From Sphaeroforma arctica JP610 (Eukaryota): DNA of 38,065 nt. The DNA is taken from the NCBI RefSeq assembly GCF_001186125.1, contig NW_014040533.1, positions 45,188 to 83,252 on the forward strand, in the 5' to 3' direction. A program made the translations under genes and the position numbers. Below, in pieces: positions 15,046 to 27,575 of this stretch; within the stretch, counting starts at the first letter, position 1; each line of letters opens with the position of its first letter. Under the pieces are notes generated by a model, which saw only the letters and a list, made by a program, of their open reading frames with translations, did no database searches and had not been told where the DNA came from.

Positions 15046-17922
15046 TCAAGTGTATGAGTCTGTACTATGCTTTCTTCGTTTCTTCCTACTCAAGCGCATC
15101 TTATTAGTTCTCAGCCACCTTTTGACTCCATCAGGCGACTGTGATTCTGGCTCTGATCGCAGCTAAGAATTTTGTGAGAACATAGGTTTTAGTAAAAATT
15201 TAATGATATGGTGAACAAAGTTAGCAGGAAATACCGAACTGAGAATGAACATTAGCACAATTATGCCCTGAGTTTGGAGAAGACTCTCTATAACTACTCG
15301 CGAACTACAAGTCGCACACACCTCGATAGCTTTACTTTGAAGGGTGATGAAAAGTCTTGTTTGGATTTTGTCCAGTATATGAACTGAACATAATGTATCT
15401 GCCTCCATCATAGCTTTTACGGTGCGTTGATCCAGAAGTTTGCAAACTCTCTTGTATACTTGTAATATTGGCTCTCTTTCTCTTTGATGAACATTAACCT
15501 ATATTCGTGAACAGAATGGGTGTGGGGAACAATTAGGTATCTCCAAAGATGTGATAGCATCGCGAAATAAAATTTACATACCAGCACTTAGAACTTAAGC
15601 ACACGTTAGCTAATCACGACAAAAGAGACAACCCACCTAAAGGTATGAGGCAGTTATCATATTATATTTGTAAGCATACGTGAGAGAGAAAAAGTCAACA
15701 CTTATATGATTTGCAATCTAGCTGGACTATCATGAATGTGCTTCTTATATCTCAAGTTCTGTATATACAATAAACTATGCAAATTTGTACCTCGAATGTA
15801 GCTTCGGGGTATATAAAAGTGTCTACAGCAGCGAGGAGAAGTGTGACGCAGGGTGTCGTTCTGTACATCTCGCACATTTGCCAGAACATCACCAGTTCGA
15901 GACTTTGCTGCCTGCCAAGCTGTGATATTACCAGCGTACAGTCCTATGAGGTGTTTGATAAAGATAAATCCAATAAGTTCCACCGTATCTATTTCCTTGG
16001 GCCTAGTGTTACAGTATCACTTCTGGGTTGAATGGCGAGGAACAAATTCGTCTGAATGCTGCAAAACGTATTCGTAAATACCTTTGTATCCGACAGGATT
16101 CGCTGCATCTCCTGAGAAGAAGATACATCCTCCAGGTATTGGTTCAGAATGGGATTCTCGCTTGGCAATAGCGGTAGGAAACCTATATCAAGACATTGGA
16201 AAATTGAGATTCACGACTTCTGTCAAATGAAATTAGGTTGGTAAAAAAAGGTTTGGAGGTAATGCGTACCGGATATTTTCTTCTGGATATCTTGAAGCAA
16301 ACTGGCCCTTCTATCAATAGGGCTGCTGTCGATCCTTTGAAACTCCCGATGGAGTTCCAGTTGTGCTATACACTGTAATAAGGAAAAGAGCATGTTGGTG
16401 CTTAAGCATACTATCAACGATCGAGTCACCGTGTGGAAAATGACAAGATGTACATCGCCAATGTCTGTCATAAAACGGGTAACAAAAACCTATACAGTGT
16501 TTTAGACACAATATTGTTATATATTGTCATTCCAACCGCATATAGATACTTACTGGAAATGATGCGCTATATTATGTTCTTATCGCGAGCGTGAAATAGC
16601 AATTTTTAATAGGCGCCAAAGTCATTAATAAATCGAGACTAGAATTTACGTTCAATAGCACTTACGAATTTAGCAAACATTCTGATAGCCGTCAATTGCT
16701 TGTCGTTCAACGCGGCTGGGGCATCATTCACACAGCATAAAGTCCCAATGACACAGCCTTTGGCCGTTAGCAATGGATAGGCTGTGGGTTGTGAGTATAT
16801 ATCATCAGTGACCTTTAATATATTTCACCTGAGACGTATTTCAAGATATGTCGTCAAAAGCATTGAACTGTGTACAATACCGTGCGATTATTATTGCAAT
16901 CATAAAAATATGCCACAACGTTGTAAACCAGTTCTCCAACCAAATATGATGATCATTGAAATCAGTCAAGCGCAACCTACCGTAGTGAAACCGTGCAGTA
17001 GGCTTGTCTGCTATAAAGCCCGTTTCACACAGGCTTGGATTTCCCAATGGTTTAAGTGCATGCAGAGGTGTCGCCGAGTCTTTTTCAGTTGCCAAGCACA
17101 TCGAACCTTCATCAAACACGGGCTATAGATTTGTGGTTTCGAAAACATACAGTTGCTGTGAGTCGGAGATGTTGGTGTATCTATATAGTATCTACTAGTG
17201 CATCGTACAAGAATAGTTGAATTTGTGTATTGTAGTAACTAACATGTATTAATCAATAGATCGCACATTAGCCTTCTGCATTGAACATACCTTTGCTTTA
17301 AAACCAGCACGAGCGTTGTGGTCAGTGCTTGTCTTGTTTACAGTCGTATATAAAACCGACTCACACTGCATCAGTTTCTTCAGTGTGTACGCAAGACCCC
17401 GTAAATGATCAATTACGAGATCAGAATTGTTGGTTTCGAAAGTATCGTGTTTATACTCAACGGCAGACTCCTGCAATATTTTCAAGAGAAATGAAATTTG
17501 TTTACAATGACCTTCCTAATATCCACTGCTGCGGACTATAAGGAGGAAAGCAAATATATGTGATCCAGTTAGTCGAATAGTCACGCTCACCTTTTATTAT
17601 GAACAAACTCGAATGTACGTTTCATTTCGCAAGTGAGCCCGATTGGACACATTTGTGTGGGAACAATGTATTAAATAAAGTCGGTTAATAGTTACAAATA
17701 TACCTGAATTTTCTTTAAAGACTCGCTCGTAGGCCATGACAGTGACTCCCGATCGGCAATCTCATCCTCAGTTTGTTGGAATGAGGGTAAAATTTTACTA
17801 TTGGTACGGTTGGCATCTGCTGGAGTATAATTATCTATGACCGTAGAGTGTTGGGTGCTAACCTTTGCACCTTCCATCCTGCGATACAATTGCCGTATAT
17901 ATTTTCCAACCTCTTCAGACAT
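15046..17922 (-). CDS. GAF domain + RGS (regulator of G-protein signalling) domain protein, about 443 aa, about 10 exons
   Basis: Exons 17922-17704, 17535-17512 (uncertain micro-exon), 17470-17291, 17122-16981, 16781-16666, 16372-16270, 16182-16082, 15943-15791, 15498-15322, 15162-15046. Introns are GT-AG, phases are compatible and there is no internal stop. GAF: RFHYAYPLLTAKGCVIGTLCCVNDAPAALNDKQLTAIRMFAKF|CIAQLELHR. RGS: MQRILSDTK...SLELVMFWQMCEMYR...FIYPEATFE|VNVHQRERE...ILDKIQTRLFITL. Confidence 0.75.
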
Positions 17923-18649
17923 ACTTTCTTGTTGTGCACAGTGTCGACTATGTGGTTGTGTTGCGCTCTTAAGCTAAAAGATACCAATATCGATATTCGC
18001 ATGTGCCAAAGTGTCATATAAAGCGCTATTCTATCTGCTGAACACTTATTATATGTGAAGATTGGAATAGAAACTAGACACACACATAGTATTAAATTTT
18101 TTTAATTATTCATATACATATCATACATACAACAAACAAAATTCCGAAATTGGCCTAAACCAACTCCAAACCTATTTTAGAATGGTGTCGAAACTCATCT
18201 CGGAATAAAGAGCAAATCTCTGTGTTACTCAATACTCGATCGATATATGTACATAAATAGCGTGATGATTGTTTCATATTTATACACATGATACTTGATA
18301 GTTGGAACAAAAAGAGCAAATACAATTTGCTTTTCTTTATTTTAAAACATTTCCATAACAGCTGCTTTCAGCTTTCTGAAAATTGAACAAGAAGGCTATT
18401 TTTGAATATGTAATGTAAATATTAAAAACTTTTCATATATAAATACATAGCTCTCTCGAGTCTCGAAATTTTTTTTTTTTAAAGTAGAAGCTTTCAAGAA
18501 ATTATTTGATTTGATTTTTGAAAAACAAATACCTCAGAAGATGACTGGATAAGAATCATAAGATCATTATGACTCATGATGAGAGGAATCAGGGGAATGC
18601 CCATATGTACATAAATAATTGTATTTTTTTATCACTAGAAGCTTTTACT

Positions 18650-20050
18650 CGAAGTCCCATTAACCATTCTCCCATCAACATGTTCTTGTACCCCTGCCTG
18701 GGTCTTGTTGCACTGACATCGTCCACTCTTGAACCTCGTGCTCCAAACTACCCCGGTTATCATTGCGGTTGTTCTTTACTCCTTCCGACCAACTCCGTAC
18801 TCTCGAAACCCATGCCTTTACTCGGTTTGTGGGTTCTTTACTCCTCATATTCTTGCTCTATCGTTCCGTTCACATGTCTCTTTGCTACTGACGTTCACCC
18901 GTTTCACTTTCGGCTCTGACCCTAGTTAGTTGGCTAACTTGCTGCCTATCCTCGTCGTCGCTGTGTCTTGGTGCTGCTCGTTCTCACACCACACTTGTCT
19001 ACCGTAACTCATACGGTATATTCATATTCACATTGAAATCGACGAATTTGGTCGGACCATTCATATGCACATTTACAATACCCGCTCCCTCGTGTACTCA
19101 ATTTAGTACTGTGTACACACACCTTATCGTTCTATGTAGCGTCGTGTCACTCCTATTGTGTTTGTAACTTTTATCTTATGTACCCGAACTTGCTGTATGA
19201 CTGTCATTGCATGTGCATTTTACTTCAGTGTCTACGTGCGCATGTACTTTCTTTGCAAACCTATGTCTTCTACTAATAACTTGTTTAGCTTACACCTGGT
19301 TACTTGAGTATCTATCCCATATTATTCCTCTCTCTCTTATTCCTGTACCCAATTTTTAACGTACCTTTTGGGTGCCTGTACACACGTGTACTTTGTGCTC
19401 GTTGCCATGGCGATGCTCAACCATATACACCTACCTGACTTCCTTTTGTTTTCCTTGACCTTCTGATACCGTCGACAATTCGTCCAAATCCTCCTTATTC
19501 TTCTGGATATCCTTCTTGATTTGAGTCGACTCTCGTTCCGGTATCGATGCCCATGGCTCCGTGCGCTCCTCTTGTCGTGGCATGGTCCGCAGAGTCCATG
19601 TCAATGTGATCGTCGGAGTCATGTTATCTTGTTCCCGCACAACATTTTCTCTGTTGCGATTCTCTGTTTTATTATCTATCGTTGACGTCCTTAGGGTCTC
19701 CTGACTGTTAACTAGTCGTCTTCCTCTCTCATCTCACCTGTCTACCTGTCGATGTACATGAGATTGTATTCTACGGTTGTGTTGACCCACACGGTTCGCC
19801 TGCCCCTGTATTCTTACGGTTCCTTCCGTCATTTCATGTTTTGAAGCACTACTGCTGTTTGATAGGAGTGCTGGCATGCTATCGCTTGTATCGCTACTAA
19901 TAAATCTACTATCCGTGTCATTTAACAATGGTTGGGCCGTGTTGGAAATCGACATTTCAGTTGCCGACGTCTACTGATGCCTAGGTCTTTCTCTCTTCTT
20001 TGTGTCATAATTTTTTTCTACTTCTATCTGTGGACCTCTCGGTCCTATTA
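18650..20050 (-). mobile_element. Strand-biased decayed coding-like remnant, possibly from another retroelement
   Basis: Purine-rich on the - strand. ORFs 19955-19734 and 19640-19431 share a frame and are separated by a stop, followed by many stops. No convincing splice model and no recognisable motif. Confidence 0.25.
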
Positions 20051-20298
20051 TCTTCTTTTCTTATCTAAGATAAGCTCAATTAATGTACAACATCTAGGTC
20101 AGTTAAAAATGTATTAAGTAGTCGAGGATAACTGTATCTCAACGTACTCCACTCGTACAAGGGGAGACGTTGTTCATTTATTGAACTAAATCCTGTGACT
20201 ATCATTTTGGTCATGTGATTTCCATTAATCAGTTTTAATCTAATTGGATAAACCCAGTTCAAAATGTAGTCTCTAATAAAACCAATATATAAAATAAA

Positions 20299-22344
20299 CC
20301 CTAATCCTAAATAAACCCTATCAGGGACTTCCAGACTACACTAAGCAGCGGAAGAAAAAGCAAGCCGCAGCGAAGGATCAAAGTCATGGTGAATCAGGGG
20401 AGGATGACTTGAAAGATGAGCCAATAGCACAAACACTGTTGGATCAACCCCAAATCAACGTAACAGAAGAACAACTGCGTTTCGTGGATATAGGTCCGGA
20501 TGATGTGAACCATACACTTCACCATCAGGACGACGATTCGGACAGCAGGCTGGATTCACAATTTCTGCGCTTACCCAAAACACCACTCCAACCGGCTTGG
20601 CGACAGAACTTTGATCTGGGCCATACATACCAGACTCAGAATGATACTCAGGAGGAGGGTCAACGAGAGTTGATTCGACAGCGGGCCAACAGGGCATGGG
20701 TGTTTCGAAACATGTATGGAACGTACTTTCCGGATGTAATGAAGACCAAACCGGATGATACAATCTCACCTAGGTATGTAATGAATGAAGCGGTAAGAAA
20801 TTTTGGGCTCGATTTGTTTAGAGATTCTGAATTCTACAATCGGCTAGTGGCAATGAAAACTGATGAAGGTAAGCAGGCACGCAAAATTTTTCGTCGGTTT
20901 CAAAAGATACTACCGAAAGTTTTCGGAACGAGGAGAGATGGAAGTTTTGTACACTTAATTTGGTACGCAATTCGGGATCTTCTTGGAGACATTCCCGACT
21001 TGATATCAAACCATTTGGCACTCTATCAAGCCATATTGGCGTTTGAGATGTTGTCAGACAATGGAGAGGCAACCAGAATCCGGTCTTCATCATCCGAAGC
21101 TCAATCTTCTCCTGGATTGGACGCAGCAGCAATGTCGCGAATGTCATCTGAACAGGAGCCTAATTCAAATCCACCACCGGAAGGAAATCCACAGAGTGCC
21201 CCAGAGGTATTTCCGAAAGACAAACCGACCGAAGAGCCTAAACCTGATCAGGTGGAAGCTAGAAAATCTTTGCCGTCATCGGGAGACAGTTTGCCCCCAG
21301 CGACTATCCCAACGACGACAAAATATGCTGTCCCATCAGAAGCGTTCATTCACATAGAACAGATCGATGGATCAAAAGATGAGGCAGACAATTGACTGCA
21401 TGGTCAGAAGCAGTTAGAAGAAAAGGGATCAGATCACTCCAGTAGTGATTTGAAAATTGCTGAATTCGTTGTTCAAATGAACAAAGCTGAGGCTGCTTTA
21501 CTCGAGGCGAATGATCCAGGTAGGATTGATGCCGCTAGTCTTTATATGACAATGGCGACACACTTCCAGACCAAGATTGATTCAGAACTAAGAGTGATTC
21601 AGACCGAGAAGGCTGTGGAAGGCGAGACGTTTGTAAAAGACACAGGTAAACTACCAACGACATACAGATCTGATCGAAAGGACCGAAAGGATCCAATCGA
21701 TACTAGCAGTCTGGCGTTATTATCTAGGTCTTTGAAGGAGTTTGGACGGATTATGCTTCAAGAGATTCTGTACACCGATATGTATCAATCTTACCCGGAC
21801 AAGGTACGAGAGATCTCCATTGAGGGACCTACCTACGGCATAATGAAACTAGCGGACTTAACCTGGGCTGAATTTTACTCGAGAGCGGATCAGACGTTTA
21901 TCCAACGCCCTAGTTCCGTGGTGAAAGTCACTAATGCTCAGAAGAAGGTTAGCGGCAATCTTACCGGAGGATCAGGCAATGGTTGAGACTCTCAGTCCAC
22001 TAATGGAGGTCAGAAGATAAACAAAGGGGGTGACAAGGGTGGCAATAAGAACAAAAATATAAATCGTTCTGAAGCCAACAAGATCAATGTCATCCCTAAG
22101 GGTAACCAAACCAACAGAAATGGACCGCCGGTAGGCAACCCTAAGCCCAGGTATAGGGAGGTCAAGAACTGTAGTGGGACTGATTGCAATTGGCCAATGA
22201 CCCAACAATGAGCCGAATGGCAGATGGAATGGAAGGCACGCAAAAAAGTGTAATCACTTTATCGCGAAGTGTGCCGACTGTACCGGGACTGGAGGTTACC
22301 ACAAGCATACATGCAAGGTGCAACCAAAGGTTGAAGTTAAGTGA
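20299..22344 (+). pseudogene. gag: gag-like ORF with C-terminal Cys/His zinc-knuckle-like motifs, disrupted
   Basis: ORFs 20409-21395 and 21450-21986 are in the same frame, separated by TGA. An N/G/K-rich linker follows, then a frameshift near 22200, then CADCTGTGGYHKHTC (C-x2-C-x6-H-x3-C, 22270-22314) directly upstream of the protease. Confidence 0.65.
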
Positions 22345-23721
22345 CAAACATACCGGGTCTTGTCACTAAGAAAAAAGGACGCACCTCAAGAAGAGCGTGT
22401 AATCCTTGATATACGAGTTAACGGACATGAAATAAAAGCGTTGTTGGATCCGGGCTCGCAAATTTCATGTATATCCTCTAGATTCTGTAAAATGACAGAC
22501 GTAACTCGTAAGTGAGAGCCAACTATGTTGAAACTGGCTGATGAAAGAGAGATCACTTGCAGAGAAATGGCAATCGATCTTAGGTTTACATTGACAGACC
22601 AACGTACTATCGTTACTAAGGCAGTCATATGTAACACTTCACCAGACTATGAGCTCATAGTAGGTATGAGTGATTTATTGTCATTAGTTATCACAGTTAC
22701 AGGCTTACCTACTAACATTGAACCACAGAAGGATCAGTCGGACGACAACTTGTTGAAACCGGTATATAAACCTTCGAAGACTGCGAAGGGGATGATCCCT
22801 CACTTTACAGAGAAACTCAAGGACTTGATTTTCGAGAACGACAAGATTCGGATCACTGACTGGGCTAAGTTCAAATTCAATAACGGTTACGTTTGTCTTG
22901 ACCTGACGAGAGTAGATTTCTCGAAGCTGAAGTGTCCTACACGTAACTATGTTGCATGTCGTACGAGAACAGGTTAAAGCATGGTTAGATGACGGAGTGA
23001 TCGCAATCAACTATGAGCCGACTCCCGTCAACCTAGCGTTTTTAGCCGTCGACCAATTCAACTCTGACGGGACGCTGAAGAAAGTTCGGGTGTGTTTGGA
23101 TATGAGCCCCATTAACGCTTTGATACCGACACACAATTTTCACTTATCAAGGATAAACGAACTACTCAGGCGCATGGAGGGAGCTAAAATATTATCCACT
23201 ATCGACCTGAAGCAGGGCTACCACCAGATGAAGATCTACAAACCACACCGGAAGTATTTCACCTTTCCTTGGGAGGGTCAGCAATATTCGTTTAAAGGTG
23301 CCCCTTTTGGGTTACACATGTTACCAGCGTTCTTTCAACAAATTATGCAAAACATGTTTAGGGACATGGACAATGCACAAGTATACATTGATGACATTGT
23401 GGTATTCACCAAAACCAAAGAGGAGCACGAAAGGGTTGTGCGAGAGGTTATAGACAGACTCAACAAGCACAACTTTAAGGTCAACAGTAATAAATGTCAC
23501 TTCGGTGTTAACGAGATTCAGCTGTTGGGTTACCGAGTATCCGGGGATGAATCATGATCGATCCCGGGAAGGTCGAACACTTGCTAGACTGGAGAACTCC
23601 TACCACGGGTAAGGATATCAACAGCATGTGTGGATTCGGCAACTTTTTGTCTGACGGAGTACCACACATGGCAAGTTATTTAAACCCCTTTGGACATTTG
23701 AGATGTAATAAAGGTAAACTA

Positions 23722-24224
23722 TGTAAACTTNNNNNNNNNNNNNNNNNNNNNNNNNNNNNNNNNNNNNNNNNNNNNNNNNNNNNNNNNNNNNNNNNNNNNN
23801 NNNNNNNNNNNNNNNNNNNNNNNNNNNNNNNNNNNNNNNNNNNNNNNNNNNNNNNNNNNNNNNNNNNNNNNNNNNNNNNNNNNNNNNNNNNNNNNNNNNN
23901 NNNNNNNNNNNNNNNNNNNNNNNNNNNNNNNNNNNNNNNNNNNNNNNNNNNNNNNNNNNNNNNNNNNNNNNNNNNNNNNNNNNNNNNNNNNNNNNNNNNN
24001 NNNNNNNNNNNNNNNNNNNNNNNNNNNNNNNNNNNNNNNNNNNNNNNNNNNNNNNNNNNNNNNNNNNNNNNNNNNNNNNNNNNNNNNNNNNNNNNNNNNN
24101 NNNNNNNNNNNNNNNNNNNNNNNNNNNNNNNNNNNNNNNNNNNNNNNNNNNNNNNNNNNNNNNNNNNNNNNNNNNNNNNNNNNNNNNNNNNNNNNNNNNN
24201 NNNNNNNNNNNNNNTATTTCTACA
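23722..24224. mobile_element. Nested LTR-type insertion (TGTA...TACA) spanning the N gap, with a 4-bp target-site duplication ACTA
   Basis: ACTA (23718-23721) | TGTAAACTT-N...-TATTTCTACA | ACTA (24225-24228). Excising it restores AAA GGT AAA CTA GGC GCA CTG TGG = KGKLGALW in frame. Confidence 0.75.
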
Positions 24225-24729
24225 ACTAGGCGCACTGTGGACCAAAGACTATGATGACGCATTTAAGCAGCTCAAAACAGTGGTTCAACAGACACCAGTA
24301 GTCCAGCCACCAAAGGATGGTATTCCATTCATGGTAGCAACAGACGCATCCGAGATGGCACTCGGCGGGGTTCTGTATCAAATGATTGATGGGAAACCAA
24401 GATATGTACAGTTCGTTAGCAGGGCTATGAATTCGACTCAGATCAATTACCCAACCGTGCAACAAGAGTTTTTGGCAATTGCTACTGCACTCACTAATTT
24501 TAAGGACTATCTATATGGCACGCACTTTAACGTGCTATGTGATCAGATGTCATTGCAACACCTAAAGGACATGAGACCTAACTCACAGTTAGTCAGTCGG
24601 TGGCATGACACGATTGCAAAATTTTCTTTCGGCATAACACATATACCGGGTATTCACAATCACTTACCCGACATGTTGTCTCGCTTCGTACCAGACTTTA
24701 ACAAGATGGTTAGGGAGTTACTAGCTACA

Positions 24730-25134
24730 GATTGGATGGCCAATCCTAGGTGGTTTAAGATCGCTGACAACATATATGGACCACATACCATAGATTTGTT
24801 TGCCGCTCATCATAATGCGCAACTGCCGAGGTACCGGACACTGGAACATCCGGAAGAAGACGGATTATAGATAGACTTGTCTCACGAGAATGCCTGGGCA
24901 AATCCTCCATGGCAATTAATACCACAGTTGCTAAATTTTATACATATTCAAGATGCTATCATCACGTTGTGTTGTCCCCTAAGACACTCAGATAAATGGC
25001 TATCACAGTTTATCTCAATGATACAATGTGAGCCGATCTATGTGGATAGAAAGGTAGATACTTTTCTCAACCAGGGTACCCGTGCAGTCCAAAAGACGCC
25101 TTGACGGCATACTAATATATGTCGAATAGGTCCA
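24730..25134 (+). pseudogene. DIRS-type (Dam-like) DNA N6-adenine methyltransferase domain within pol
   Basis: DWMANPRWF...YGPHTIDLFAAHHNAQLPRY (SAM-binding DLFA at 24793) and ENAWANPPWQLIPQLL (catalytic NPPW at 24901-24912). Same frame as RH and integrase, interrupted by TAG 24868-24870 and TGA 25102-25104. Confidence 0.85.
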
Positions 25135-27400
25135 GTTGGAACAACCAAGTGGACACCATCCGAGACTTTCAAACAGAACGTTCAGGAATCCAAGATTCTA
25201 CTCTTGAATCCTAAGTCTCAATCAGAGACTGGGACAACACAAGCACCTGCAGTATGTGCTATCAAGATACAGCCAAATTCAAAGGAATCAAAGAGGAGCG
25301 CAACACTAGCGAAAGCCTTCTACAACAAGATACGGTCTGACAGGGAAATTGCATACCAAGCAGAAACTCGATTGCTTAAGCAATTGATGAATGACTTTCC
25401 CGAGGTATATGATCATGTGACTCAACTAATGGATAGATCAAACATTAGTCGGATTCATGATGTAGAAGCTTTAGGCGAGATTGGACAAGACGAGTCTTCG
25501 AGTCCAGGTGATGACGCGGTGGAATCCTCACCTCCTGATTTCAATGTAACAAGTAAATCACAGGAGGCGATTCTGAAGTGGTTAAGACAAAATCATGCTC
25601 TTACGCACATGGATAAGTTTAGAACTGAGAAAGATTGCAAGAGGTACGGAATCGTACACCCGAACTTAAAGCAACATATATCTCAGGTGTATCACGAATG
25701 TAACAACTGCGAAGTTAACCGGATCAAGCGCTACGGATACGCACCTTTACGCAGCGTATCAGTAGACGAGCCGTGGCACCGGGTTATCATTGATTTGGTT
25801 GAGCTACCCACTTCCGAACACACGAAGGATAAATATGTCTGTCACGTGTCTGATGTCGCATCTAGATATAATGTATTGTATCCGCTGAAAGATAAATCGA
25901 CACAAACTGTGGCTGAGTGCATATATAAATGCTTCGCAGATTTCGGCTGGCCAGCAAGTGTATGTTCCGACAACGGTAGTGAGTTTACAGGAGATGTCAT
26001 GACGACACTGTTACTCGTTGCGGGATCATGTTATAAGATGGGTGTACCCTACAAGCCTCAGACACAAGGTGCGAACGAGGTACAACACAGAAAGATGAAG
26101 GAGTTCATGCGAGGAGCACTACTTGATGATGCTGACATGTGGCCGTACTCAATCAATTGGGTACAGACACAGATGAACAAATCCTCTGATTCAGTCACTG
26201 GTACAACACCCGCTCACTATTTCCGGGGCCGTTATAGTGATTTACAGATCCCCTTCAACAAGGAGTCTCAAGATGATCATGCTTTACCATGATTAGAGAA
26301 GATGCGTTGGACCAGAGATGTGGTCTATTCTTGCTTAAGGGAGATGAAGGACATCGCTCTCAAGTAGAGACGAAAGCGATAAAATGATACCAAGAAAATA
26401 GTCGAGTTTGAGGTAGGTGATATAGTCAACATTATGGCACGCAACTCCGATACAACTGTGCTTACGGCTAAATATATTGGACCATTTATGATCTCTGTGG
26501 CCGATAAGAAGAGCGGAACGTATGAAGTTAACAACGTTGACGGCTCTATTGCCTAAAATATTGAGTCACATCGAATCCCTACGACAGAGGTCATCCTTCG
26601 TCGCACACGTGAAGCTACTACACCTCTTATGTCTTACGAGTTTAAGAAGATTCTAGGGAAGTACAAACATGAGGATATGGCATATTACACTACGGAGTTC
26701 GCCAATGGAGCACAGAATGATCGTCCACCATCAGCATTTGATGATCCGGATGTACTAAAGGCTTTTAATAAGAAGTTCCGCAAACGCTTACACAAAAATA
26801 TGGCTGATGCAGAAGCAATCTTACCATCAAATAAGCGACCCGAAGTGGTTAAGATCTATCCACAGACATCATACATTCCCAGCTTTAAACAGCATGGAAT
26901 GTACGTACCTCCAAAAGGTATTAAGAAACGTCCGATCCACCATCGGGGACCACAAAGACCAAAGCCCAAACGTAATAGAGTAACCGAGTAACTTAATGTA
27001 AAAATAGCGGGTTCCTAATAGTAGTTGCACAGTTAAACGTATATTATAAACGTATAACGTATTAACGATTATACTTAAAACACTGGAATACGTTTAACAA
27101 ATTGGACATGAACAAGAACTGAGAAATTCAAGATTCTGAACATGTGACAGTACTCAGTAGAGTATGGAACTCTACTGTGGAAAATTAGGTGGTTTACCAA
27201 ATATAGATTGGTTTTTCCACTGAAATTAAAATTGTACAAAATATAGGAACGACACCAATCTGACACCTGAAAATAACACTTTGGGAATCTCATGGGAGTA
27301 CCATGAGAGAGGGTCTCAGACATGAAATGGTTGTTGGTACAAACCTATAGTATAATTCGATAATGATCTCAGAGCAAGATATTCCACTGAGGAAAGGACA

Positions 27401-27575
27401 GAATCAGAGTTGTTAGAATTTAGGACAACATGGTTTTGATTCCTCCTAGCCAGCCAACTAGATGTGCCCGTCTATGCCTTAAATGGGATGGGAAGCTAGG
27501 TACCAAGTGATGGGGTTTAGGTGTAGATGTATACTGCACCAGCTTGGTATTTTAATTTTAATTTAATTTTCTCAA
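27401..27575 (+). other. Structured RNA-like module, copy 1, in the 3' non-coding region of the retroelement
   Basis: Stems GAATCAGAG/TTTTGATTC, CCTAGC/GCTAGG, CCCGTC/GATGGG, TACCAAG/CTTGGTA and GGTGTAG/CTGCACC; core AGCCAACTAGATGTGCC; followed by a U-rich tract. Confidence 0.55.

Larger units (their letters stand above)
22345..26991 (+). pseudogene. pol: pol polyprotein (aspartic protease, RT, RNase H, adenine MTase, integrase, GPY/F, degenerate chromodomain), disrupted
   Basis: PR: KALLDPGSQISCI (~22435-22473). RT: KVRVCLD, IDLKQGYHQ, APFGL, VYIDDIVV. RH: VATDAS, QEFLAI, CDQMSL, HIPGIHNHLPDMLSR. IN: HALTH...CNNC, IIDL (D 25792), SDNG (D 25969), ANE (E 26077). YIGPF near 26474. Frameshifts near 22950 and 23550, plus several in-frame stops. 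Confidence 0.92.

Noticed and set aside
17863..17883. Peptide RRMEGAK shared between GAF-RGS exon 1 and the retroelement RT
   Set aside because: Codons differ at nearly every position and the flanks are unrelated; coincidence.
21393..26556. In-frame stops in gag/pol as stop-codon recoding or RIP-like hypermutation
   Set aside because: All three stop types and several frameshifts occur, and host gene models end in TAA, TAG and TGA. Every stop codon is one transition from a sense codon, so this shows nothing without a family consensus.
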